Assembly: GCA_049700215.1 (NCBI GenBank)
Contig: JBNAVT010000028.1
Location: 1 to 24,893, forward strand
DNA length: 24,893 nucleotides
From: Thermoproteota archaeon
Lineage (GTDB): Archaea; Thermoproteota; EX4484-205; JAAOZP01
Reading direction: 5' to 3'
Shown here: one piece after another, positions 1 through 8,012 of the stretch
How the letters are laid out: every line of letters begins with the position of its first letter
Numbering within the stretch: the stretch's first letter is position 1
Notes under the pieces: generated by a model
Database searches by the model: none
Told to the model about the DNA's origin: nothing
Seen by the model: only the letters and a program-made list of their open reading frames with translations
Made by a program: the position numbers and the translations under genes

Positions 1-2
1 AG

Positions 3-127
3 TGCGGGGGGTGGGATTTGAACCCACGAACCCTTCCGCGCGCGGTGATTCCGCGTCTGCGGGACTGGAGCCTCAGTCCAGCGCCTTTAACCTGGCTTTG
101 CCGCTGCTTGGCTTTGGCGACCCCCGC
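3..127 (-). tRNA. tRNA-Leu(GAG) with two non-canonical introns (about 98..114 in the D-arm and 34..56 in the variable arm)
   Basis: The reverse complement folds as acceptor stem GCGGGGG/CCCCCGC with discriminator A, anticodon arm CTGGA-CTGAGGC-TCCAG and T-arm GTGGG-TTCAAAT-CCCAC. Removing 17 nt and 23 nt restores a typical archaeal Leu D-arm (GCCAAGCCAGGTTAAAGGCG) and variable arm (TCCCGCAGGGGTT). CCA is not encoded. Confidence 0.93.
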
Positions 128-160
128 GACCTCGCTTTCATTTTTCCTTGTGTGGCGGTG

Positions 161-175
161 GATTAAAAGTTTTTT
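161..175 (-). promoter_or_regulatory. Putative BRE/TATA promoter of tRNA-Leu
   Basis: Minus strand reads AAAAAACTTTTAATC about 35-45 nt upstream of the tRNA 5' end. Confidence 0.5.
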
Positions 176-339
176 GATTCGTCTAGCTGTGGTAAGTGGG
201 TTTACTTGTTAGGAATGCATGGGGTTTTGCCCCTTATGGTTGGTCTTTTAGCTCCGGGGTGATGACTTTCTCGTTCTATGGTGAGAGGATGGTGAATAAA
301 GTTTATTTAACATGCCATAAGGGTTTTTAAAGAGGTTAA

Positions 340-1551
340 TTGGCGATAAACGTGAATCAACTTCGGGCATACCCCGTCCCGAAGCAGAAGATAGAGATTG
401 TGGAAAGGAAGGGGCTCGGCCACCCAGATACTATTTCAGACATGATTATGAATGAGCTTTCAGTAGATCTCTGCCGGCTCTATCTTAAGGAGTTTAACAG
501 GGTTCTTCACTATAATCTGGATAAGAGCCTGCTGGTTGCTGGGGAGTCTGAGACGAGGTTTGGAGGAGGGGTTGTTAAGAAGCCGATGAAGCTTATTTTC
601 GGAGACAGGGCAACCTACAGTTTCAACGGCAGGGAGCTGCCCATAGAGAAGCTCGCTGTGGATTCTGCTAAAAACTGGTTTAGGAGGAACCTTAGGTTCG
701 TTGACCCGGATAAGCATGTTTCCTACGAGGTTCAGATAGGGAGGAGCGCGACGAACCTGGCGGACATTTTTAAGCGGGGTGGAGAGTTTCTGGGTGCTAA
801 CGATACTTCCGCAGCCGTCGGATATGCTCCTTTATCCCCGCTTGAAAATCTTGTTCTAGATGTTGAGCAGCATTTGAACAGCAGGGAGTTTAAGAAGGAG
901 TTTGAGGAAACCGGCGAGGATGTGAAAGTTATGGGTTACAGGATAAACAGTATGGTTGACCTGACCATAGCGATGTCCTACGTGGACCGCTTCGTAGATG
1001 GTGAGGAAACTTATTTCAGGTCTAAGAAGGAGGTTGTTGAGCATTTGAAGACTTATGTTGAGGATAATTATGATTTTAAGAAAGTAAGCATCACCTTAAA
1101 TAGTCTGGATACTCGAGGGAGAGGGGAAGATGGTATATATTTGACCGTTACCGGTACATCCGCTGAGGCAGGGGACAGTGGGCAAGTGGGCAGGGGTAAT
1201 AGGGTGAATGGTGTTATAGCTCTGCTGAGGCCCGCGGGTTCTGAGGCCGCTGCTGGCAAAAACCCTGTTAGCCATGTTGGAAAAATATACAACCTTCTAT
1301 CGTTTAAAATTGCCAACGATATAGTGGAAAAGGTTGACGGTGTTGAAGAGGTTTACGTGTGGCTTCTCAGCCAGATAGGAGTGCCGGTTAATAAGCCTAA
1401 ACTGGTTTCAGTACAAGCAGTTCTGGAAGAAGGGTTGAACATGGATGTTTTGGAGAAGCCTATAGCAGAGGTTGTTGAGGAAAACTTGAGCGATGACTCG
1501 CTAAGGAGCTTCATAAACGACTTGATAGAGGGAAAACTTAAAGTATGCTGA
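340..1551 (+). CDS. mat: Archaeal-type S-adenosylmethionine synthetase
   Basis: Motifs EIVERKGLGHPD, ANDTS, GEDVKVMG, SAEAGDSGQVGRGNRVNG and GKNPVSHVGKIYN; 403 aa; GAGGT precedes the TTG start. Confidence 0.97.
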   Translation: MAINVNQLRAYPVPKQKIEIVERKGLGHPDTISDMIMNELSVDLCRLYLKEFNRVLHYNLDKSLLVAGESETRFGGGVVKKPMKLIFGDRATYSFNGRELPIEKLAVDSAKNWFRRNLRFVDPDKHVSYEVQIGRSATNLADIFKRGGEFLGANDTSAAVGYAPLSPLENLVLDVEQHLNSREFKKEFEETGEDVKVMGYRINSMVDLTIAMSYVDRFVDGEETYFRSKKEVVEHLKTYVEDNYDFKKVSITLNSLDTRGRGEDGIYLTVTGTSAEAGDSGQVGRGNRVNGVIALLRPAGSEAAAGKNPVSHVGKIYNLLSFKIANDIVEKVDGVEEVYVWLLSQIGVPVNKPKLVSVQAVLEEGLNMDVLEKPIAEVVEENLSDDSLRSFINDLIEGKLKVC

Positions 1552-2987
1552 GCCAAGAGGAAACCGGCAGGCTTAAGATAGGGCTCGAAATCCACGTTCA
1601 GTTAACAAATCTGAAAACCAAGCTTTTCTGCCCTTGTCCTTCAGACTATCGCGGGAAGAAACCGAATGAAAACGTTTGCCCAATCTGTCTGGGGCTGCCC
1701 GGGACACTGCCGCAGGTAAACAGTAAAGCTATTGAAAGCGCTATAGCTGTTTGCCTCGCCTTCAAAGCACGAGTACAACCATATGTTGTTTTCAGCCGGA
1801 AGAACTATTTCTATCCAGACATGAATAAGAACTATCAGATAACACAGTACGATAAGGCTGGGGGGGTGACGATAGGCGTGGGAGGACGTATCACGATAAA
1901 CATAGAGGGGGAGAGAAGAGAAATACCTTTTAGAAGAATACAGCTTGAGGAGGACCCGGGTAGACTGGTTCATGTTGAAAAAGGAAGTATTAGGAAAACC
2001 TACATAGACTACAACAGGGCGGGTATAGCCTTGGTAGAGATAGTCACGGAACCGGTTATGCACCAGCCTAAAGAGGCCCGCCTAGTATTAGAGAAAGTGC
2101 AGACAACCCTGGAGCATCTTGGTGTTCTCGACCCCTCTTTCGAAGGATCAATGAGGTGTGATGCAAACGTCTCCTACGCCGGGGGGGCGAGGGTAGAGAT
2201 TAAAAACATTAACTCCTTTAGAGAGGTGGAGCAGGCTTTGCGTTTCGAGGAGCTCAGGTTAGCTTATCTTCCTAAGCTTGAGAGCACTGTTACGAAAAGG
2301 TGGGGCGAGAAGGAGGGAGTTACAGCAACATCTAGGGAGAAGGAAGCCGAGGAAGATTACCGCTACTTCCCTGAGCCCGACATCCCACCGATAATGCTCA
2401 ACGAGAAGCTAGTTGAGAAGATTAAGAGAGGCTTGCCTGAGCTGCCTGACGAGAGGCTAGAAAGGATCATCAGAACCTATGGACTACCTGAAAAAATAGC
2501 TTCAATCCTGGTGATGGAGAAACCTATTGCGGACTTCTTCGAGGAAGCGTTGCAGTTTTCAAACGATCCAAAGGAGGTTGCACACTGGCTTACTAACGAG
2601 GTTGTGAGAAGATGGCGGGAATGCGGCGTAGACTATAGGAATAGCAGGTTTAAGCCTGAAAATTTAGCAAGGCTCGTCAACATGGTGAAAGAAGGCGCTT
2701 TAAGCCCGCGTATGGCGAAAAACATTCTATGGGAAGTAGTTTTAACGGGAGAGGACGTTAAGGAGTATATTGAGCGCAAGGGCATCAGTATAATAAGGGA
2801 TCCGAGCATTCTCAGATCAGTGATTCTGAATGTTTTAGAGGAAAAACCGGGTCTTAGAGAAAATGTTTCTAAGAATAGGCGGATAGTCGACTTTATATGT
2901 GGAGAGGTTCAGAAGAAGCTTGATGGAAGAGCGGATCCTATTATTCTCAGAAACGAAGCTAAGAGGCTGGTTGAGGAAGGTAATTAA
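1545..2987 (+). CDS. gatB: Asp-tRNA(Asn)/Glu-tRNA(Gln) amidotransferase subunit B
   Basis: Motifs IGLEIHVQL, KLFC, RKNYFYPD, LEEDPG, DYNRAG, EIVTEP, MRCDANVS, VEIKN and DYRYFPEPD; 480 aa, lacking the GatE insertion domain. Confidence 0.95.
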   Translation: MLSQEETGRLKIGLEIHVQLTNLKTKLFCPCPSDYRGKKPNENVCPICLGLPGTLPQVNSKAIESAIAVCLAFKARVQPYVVFSRKNYFYPDMNKNYQITQYDKAGGVTIGVGGRITINIEGERREIPFRRIQLEEDPGRLVHVEKGSIRKTYIDYNRAGIALVEIVTEPVMHQPKEARLVLEKVQTTLEHLGVLDPSFEGSMRCDANVSYAGGARVEIKNINSFREVEQALRFEELRLAYLPKLESTVTKRWGEKEGVTATSREKEAEEDYRYFPEPDIPPIMLNEKLVEKIKRGLPELPDERLERIIRTYGLPEKIASILVMEKPIADFFEEALQFSNDPKEVAHWLTNEVVRRWRECGVDYRNSRFKPENLARLVNMVKEGALSPRMAKNILWEVVLTGEDVKEYIERKGISIIRDPSILRSVILNVLEEKPGLRENVSKNRRIVDFICGEVQKKLDGRADPIILRNEAKRLVEEGN

Positions 2988-2989
2988 AA

Positions 2990-4306
2990 ATGCTTGAAAA
3001 TCTTTCAGAGAGGCTTCAGAATGCGCTCAAGTTTATCACGAGGCAGGCTTACATAAGTGAGAAAGAGGTTGCAGAGTACTTAAGGGAGATTCAGCGGGCA
3101 CTGATAATGGGGGATGTTGACGTGAAGCTTGTGAGCCAGCTTACCGAAGAGATTAAGAAAGAGTTTAAGGAATCGAGAGAGGAGTACGGAGTATCCTTAA
3201 AAGACAGGGTTGTATACGCAACTTACCAAGGGCTCATCCGAATTCTTGGAGGCGAGAAGAAAGAGCTCCGCATAGCGCCTAATCAGCTCAATATCTTCGT
3301 ATTTATGGGAATACAGGGTGCAGGGAAGACTACAAGCGTCGGCAAGGTTGCTTATTCTCTAAAAAAGAAGAATAGGAAGGTGGGAGTTATAGCTGGTGAT
3401 GTTTTCAGACCAGGAGCCGCAGACCAGTTGAGACAACTATTAGAAGGCACCGGTATACCGCTTTATGCAGAGCCCTTAGGAAGGTCGTCTGTAGAAGTCA
3501 TAAAAAACGGTTTAAAATGGGCTAAGGGGCTCAATCTTGAAGTTGTACTTGTGGATACTGCTGGAAGACACAGGTCAGAAGAATCCTTGATGAATGAAAT
3601 GAAGCAGATAATAGACGAGATTAACCCTACTGCGGCGATACTTGTCATAGACGCTATGATAGGCCAACAGGCGAGAGCTCAGGCAGAAGCCTTCAACAAG
3701 GTTGCGAAAGTAGGATACGTTATAGTTACGAAGCTGGATGGCTCGGCGAAGGGCGGTGGGGCTCTATCAGCAGTAGCCTCGGTTGGAGCACCAATAGTAT
3801 TTGTGGGAGTGGGCGAAGGCCTGGAGGAGTTTGAAGAGTTCGACCCGGTTAAATTTGTTTCTAGACTACTTGGAAGACCTGATCTAGAATCCATAGTCGC
3901 TAGGATTCAGCAAATGTCTAAGGAGGAGCGGCTTAGAATGCAGAAAATGGCTCAAGGCAAGTTCACTATTGAAGAATTCATACAGCAGCTTGAGTCTGTA
4001 AGGAAAATTGGCGATCTTCAATCGTTCTTATCGAGTATTCCCGGGGGGAAGAAGCTGGATAAGAAGGATCTGGAGGAGTTTATGGGGAAGTTGAAAAAGT
4101 GGAAGGCGATTGTAAACTCGATGAACATGGAGGAGAGGAGTGATGTTACTATAATAGACTCCTCGCGAATCAGGCGTATAGCAAAGGGGTCGGGGACTTC
4201 TGAGAAAGATGTTAGAGAACTTGTAAAACAATACACTGCCACGAAAAAGGCCATTAGGAAAATGTCTAAAGGAGCGTTAAGAAAACTCCCATATTTGAGG
4301 TTTTAA
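2990..4306 (+). CDS. srp54: Signal recognition particle protein SRP54
   Basis: GTPase motifs GIQGAGKTT, DTAGR and TKLDGSAKGGGALS; C-terminal M domain with SRIRRIAKGSG. Confidence 0.97.
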   Translation: MLENLSERLQNALKFITRQAYISEKEVAEYLREIQRALIMGDVDVKLVSQLTEEIKKEFKESREEYGVSLKDRVVYATYQGLIRILGGEKKELRIAPNQLNIFVFMGIQGAGKTTSVGKVAYSLKKKNRKVGVIAGDVFRPGAADQLRQLLEGTGIPLYAEPLGRSSVEVIKNGLKWAKGLNLEVVLVDTAGRHRSEESLMNEMKQIIDEINPTAAILVIDAMIGQQARAQAEAFNKVAKVGYVIVTKLDGSAKGGGALSAVASVGAPIVFVGVGEGLEEFEEFDPVKFVSRLLGRPDLESIVARIQQMSKEERLRMQKMAQGKFTIEEFIQQLESVRKIGDLQSFLSSIPGGKKLDKKDLEEFMGKLKKWKAIVNSMNMEERSDVTIIDSSRIRRIAKGSGTSEKDVRELVKQYTATKKAIRKMSKGALRKLPYLRF

Positions 4307-4308
4307 AA

Positions 4309-5589
4309 ATGGATTTATTGAAGTGCTTGAAAAAGCTCGTATTATCTATCCCGCTTTGCGATAGATGCTTGGGCAGACAGTTTTCAAACCTTATGCCGTC
4401 CCCTGACAATGAGACCAAGGGCAAGGTTTTGAAAGACTTTCTTTTCATGAGCGAAATGCTGGCTAGGGAGGAGAAAGCTCCGAAAATAGTTAAGGCCTTA
4501 GCCGAGTCTGGACATGAACCTTCGTCAAGTTTTCTGAAGAAGAATCTAGGTTTAAACGTAGCCACCAAGCCCTGCTATATATGCGGAGGCGAAATCAATT
4601 CTTTAATAGAGAATGCTGCTGCCCGAATCATCGAGAAATCGATGGAAGTAGATTTTAAAACTTTTTACGTGGGGCTTACTCTACCGGTTTCGATTGAAGA
4701 AAAAGATGAGGAGGTGAAGTCTTTCTTTAAGCTGAAGTTTGGGGAGGCCTTGAAAAACGAGCTTAACAGAGAAATAATTAGGAAAGTCGAGAAAACGTTG
4801 CAGAGGAAACCGGAGATGAGGAGACCAGATGTTCTCTTCATATACGATGTGGCAAAAAATCATGTTTCGATGCAGATAAACTCGGTTTTCCTCAAGTCAA
4901 GCTACAGAAAGCTTGTTGGGGGGATCGCTCAAACAAAGTGGCGGGGAATTAACGATGAGGATTCAACCCCCTCTATAGAGAAAATGTTGGAAGAAGTCCT
5001 TATACCAGCTTACAATGGCAGCGGTTTAAAATTTCACGGAGCGGGAAGAGAGGATGTCGATGTAAAGATGCTCGGGGAGGGAAGGCCCTTCATAGTTGAA
5101 ATACTTGAACCCAAGACTAGGAACGTGGATCTAGAGAAACTGTGTTCAGAATTTAATAGAAGATTTGGAAAGATGGTTGAGATAACGGAATTCCTCAACG
5201 CGACCTATTCTGAAGTACCCAGACTTAAGCTGGAAGCGGAAATCCATAAGAAGAGTTATAGAGTTGTGTTTGAAACTGAAAGAGAAGTTTCGGAGGAAGA
5301 ATTAAGGGATTTATCTGGAAAGCTTACTGGGGCCGCGATTAGCCAGAGAACCCCCTTAAGGGTATTGAAAAGGAGGAAGGATAAAGTTAGGAGAAAAGTC
5401 GTTTACAAAGCTGCTTTTAAAAGACTTGGAAGCAACCTTTATGAGGCTTCTGTAACGTGCAGCGGTGGGCTCTATGTTAAAGAGCTTTTCCATGGAGATG
5501 AAGGGAGAACAATTCCTTCTGTAGCTGGGCTTCTTAACACTAAGATTAAAATAGTGGAGATGGAAGTGACGGGTATTGAAGGTGGCTAG
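4309..5589 (+). CDS. pus10: tRNA pseudouridine(54/55) synthase Pus10
   Basis: LCDRCLGRQF and CYIC zinc ligands, catalytic FHGAGREDVD, plus GRPF, QRTP and GGLYVKEL; lies in the conserved position before rpl21e. Confidence 0.95.
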   Translation: MDLLKCLKKLVLSIPLCDRCLGRQFSNLMPSPDNETKGKVLKDFLFMSEMLAREEKAPKIVKALAESGHEPSSSFLKKNLGLNVATKPCYICGGEINSLIENAAARIIEKSMEVDFKTFYVGLTLPVSIEEKDEEVKSFFKLKFGEALKNELNREIIRKVEKTLQRKPEMRRPDVLFIYDVAKNHVSMQINSVFLKSSYRKLVGGIAQTKWRGINDEDSTPSIEKMLEEVLIPAYNGSGLKFHGAGREDVDVKMLGEGRPFIVEILEPKTRNVDLEKLCSEFNRRFGKMVEITEFLNATYSEVPRLKLEAEIHKKSYRVVFETEREVSEEELRDLSGKLTGAAISQRTPLRVLKRRKDKVRRKVVYKAAFKRLGSNLYEASVTCSGGLYVKELFHGDEGRTIPSVAGLLNTKIKIVEMEVTGIEGG

Positions 5590-5595
5590 GAGAAA

Positions 5596-5883
5596 ATGCC
5601 TCAAACCTCAGGGAGAAGGATAAAGACGAGAAGCCTGCTCAAGAAAAGGGTTAGAGAAAGGGGAATAAAGCCTCCATCATACCTTTTGCAAGACTATAAG
5701 CCAGGGGATAAAGTAGTCTTAAAATACGACCCCTCGGTTCATAAGGGAATGCCTCATAGAAGGTTCTACGGTAAAATAGGGACTGTTATAGGAAAAAGGG
5801 GAAGAGCATACGTTGTTCAAGTAATAGACGGGGATAAAACAAAAACTTTAATTGCAAGGCCAGAGCATTTGAAGAGGTTGTAG
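5596..5883 (+). CDS. rpl21e: 50S ribosomal protein L21e
   Basis: Motifs PSVHKGMPHRRFYGKIG and RPEHL. Confidence 0.97.
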   Translation: MPQTSGRRIKTRSLLKKRVRERGIKPPSYLLQDYKPGDKVVLKYDPSVHKGMPHRRFYGKIGTVIGKRGRAYVVQVIDGDKTKTLIARPEHLKRL

Positions 5884-5886
5884 ACA

Positions 5887-6216
5887 ATGGGGATTCAAAG
5901 GATATCTGAAACAGATATAACGATACCTGAGGCACTTGAAATCCTTTCTGCACAGGAGGATCTGAAGCAGTACCAGCGACTAGTCTTAGACTATTTGAAG
6001 GAAGCGTCCAAACTTTCCGCGGACAAGGCTAAAAAGCTGCTGGAAGAACTTATGAAGGAGGCGGGTCTCACTAGGAAAGAAGCTGTTATGCTTGTCAACA
6101 TACTGCCAAAGAGTAAACATGAGATAATGGCAATCCTGTCGGGCGGAAGAGATAAGGAGTTTTTAACACTAGAAAAAGTTGAAAAGATCAAAAGCATTAT
6201 AGACAAGTATGCTTAA
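5887..6216 (+). CDS. rpo4: RNA polymerase subunit Rpo4 (F)
   Basis: 109 aa with ITIPEA..IL, YL...SKLS and LVNILP...EI patterns; conserved synteny after rpl21e. Confidence 0.9.
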   Translation: MGIQRISETDITIPEALEILSAQEDLKQYQRLVLDYLKEASKLSADKAKKLLEELMKEAGLTRKEAVMLVNILPKSKHEIMAILSGGRDKEFLTLEKVEKIKSIIDKYA

Positions 6217-6241
6217 ATCGGTTGAACCTTTCTTAGAAAAC

Positions 6242-6634
6242 TCACTTTACTCGCATTATTTTCTGTCTTCCACCGACTCGCCAGTACTCCACAGTTACCC
6301 CCTGAACTATACTGTTTTTAAGACTCTGGTCTTGAGGCAGCGGTATTTCGAAAACCTCGTATGTCTCAAGATCCATTACCTGTGCGTTGTCACCTATTAA
6401 TGCGAGCACTTGGGCATTTCTCTTCTCTATCATGGGAACTTCCACCTTAGTGTCAACAGGGCTCAGCAGAGTATGTTTAGACCCGTCGAACAAGCCTATA
6501 CCTACGACACGCGCCTTAGCGCTGCCATGTTTACCGGGCTTAGAATGTGAAACCTCCACTATTTGACAGGGCTCGTTATCAATCATAAGCCAGGATCCCT
6601 CTTTTAATTCTCCTAGTTCAACCACTTTACCCAT
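6242..6634 (-). CDS. eif5a: Translation factor aIF5A
   Basis: Hypusination motif [10 protein letters not shown]; 130 aa. Confidence 0.97.
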   Translation of the reverse strand: MGKVVELGELKEGSWLMIDNEPCQIVEVSHSKPGKHGSAKARVVGIGLFDGSKHTLLSPVDTKVEVPMIEKRNAQVLALIGDNAQVMDLETYEVFEIPLPQDQSLKNSIVQGVTVEYWRVGGRQKIMRVK

Positions 6635-6658
6635 TTTGGGGAAAACTAATAAGCCGCG

Positions 6659-6675
6659 TATTTAAAAAACTTATG
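6659..6675. promoter_or_regulatory. Putative divergent promoter between eif5a and NAD kinase
   Basis: TTTAAATA on the minus strand about 25 nt before the eIF5A ATG (leaderless spacing), within a 51-bp divergent gap. Confidence 0.5.
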
Positions 6676-6685
6676 CAACAGGAAG

Positions 6686-7492
6686 ATGGTGGAGGCTAAG
6701 AAGATAGCGGTAGTCTATAAAACTAGGGAGGAGGGGGTCCTGAGGGTGATTGAGACTGTTAATAAGCTTTTGAAGCCAGAGTCTATTTGGGAGCATGCTT
6801 TGTCAAGCCTAGTGGGAAAAAGACTAGGGGGTTTTGACCTAATCGTCTGCCTCGGAGGAGACGGAACCCTAGTTAGAACCTGCCGGGTGGCTGAAAACGG
6901 AAGCATGATCCTGCCGGTGAACATGGGTAAGAAGGGCTATTTAATGGAGGTAGACCCGGAGAAGCTGCCTTCATACCTGGAAAAGTATCAAAACGATGAG
7001 TTTATAGTTGAGAAATGCTTCAAGCTGAAAATAGACTACGGTGGCAAGGTGCTTAATGCGGTAAACGAGGTGGCGGTTAGAAACATAACAGGCTTAAAAC
7101 AGGTAACGTTATCCGTGGAGCTTGAAAAGGGAAGCTTCATAGTAGAGGGGGATGGACTTTTAGTTTCAACTCCGATCGGCTCCTCAGCCTACTCTCTTAA
7201 CGCAGGAGGACCGTTTGTTTTATCCAATGTAAATGTCCTAGTATGCACTCCATTGTGCGCAAGGAAACCCCTAAGGCCACTAATAGTTAATAGGAACGCG
7301 GTGATAAAAGTGAAATATTTAAGTGGAGAGGAAATACAGATGATAATAGACGGGGAGGAAGCATTCAAAGTGGATCCTAGGGAAACTATAACGATCACAG
7401 GAACGGGTGAAATAGTCAATATTATACGCTTCTCGAGTTCTTTCAATATTAAGCGCATGGGTAGGTTGATAGGGGGTGTTGAAAACGGTTAA
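6686..7492 (+). CDS. nadK: NAD(+) kinase
   Basis: Motifs LGGDGTL, NE and GDGLLVSTPIGSSAYSLNAGGP. Confidence 0.95.
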   Translation: MVEAKKIAVVYKTREEGVLRVIETVNKLLKPESIWEHALSSLVGKRLGGFDLIVCLGGDGTLVRTCRVAENGSMILPVNMGKKGYLMEVDPEKLPSYLEKYQNDEFIVEKCFKLKIDYGGKVLNAVNEVAVRNITGLKQVTLSVELEKGSFIVEGDGLLVSTPIGSSAYSLNAGGPFVLSNVNVLVCTPLCARKPLRPLIVNRNAVIKVKYLSGEEIQMIIDGEEAFKVDPRETITITGTGEIVNIIRFSSSFNIKRMGRLIGGVENG

Positions 7493-8012
7493 GCAAGGAT
7501 ATGTTCTAGACTCTACTGCCATAATACAGGGTGTAGACCCAAACTCCCTTAAAAAAGAATCATTCACCATAAGAGAGCTTCTAGACGAGATTGGCGAGAT
7601 AGGTAGGAGATGGATAAGAATAAAGACGGCGATGATGCTGGGTAAACTAGTAATCCGGGAACCTTCCTCCGGGGGCGTGGAGAAAGTAAAGCAGGTTGCC
7701 AAGGAATACGGAGTATATGATAAACTTTCAAAGCCAGATATTAAGATCCTGGCTCTAGGCTATGAATTGCACAGCGAAGAAGATTACGATATAGAGATAA
7801 TAACCGATGACTATGACATTCAGAATACTGCTGCCATCCTGAATCTGAAATATATTTCCATAGGTATGAAAGAAATAAGAAAAACGTACCTGTACGTCAA
7901 GTATTGCCCCGCCTGTAAAAGGAAATACTCTGGATATACTGGAGCAATCTGCCCCGTATGCGGATATAGACTGACAGGCGTTAAGAAGGTCGTTGAAGAT
8001 AATACCTATTAA
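7476..8012 (+). CDS. nob1: Nob1-family PIN endoribonuclease with C-terminal zinc ribbon
   Basis: Motifs VLDSTAII, LSKPDIKILAL, TDDYDIQN and CPAC...CPVCG. Confidence 0.92.
   Translation: MLKTVKQGYVLDSTAIIQGVDPNSLKKESFTIRELLDEIGEIGRRWIRIKTAMMLGKLVIREPSSGGVEKVKQVAKEYGVYDKLSKPDIKILALGYELHSEEDYDIEIITDDYDIQNTAAILNLKYISIGMKEIRKTYLYVKYCPACKRKYSGYTGAICPVCGYRLTGVKKVVEDNTY

Noticed and set aside
18-212. 64-aa ORF on the plus strand
   Set aside because: It is antisense to tRNA-Leu and has no protein-like features.
259-300. GTGATGA resembling box C of a C/D sRNA
   Set aside because: No CTGA box D at suitable spacing, and the region runs into the mat promoter.
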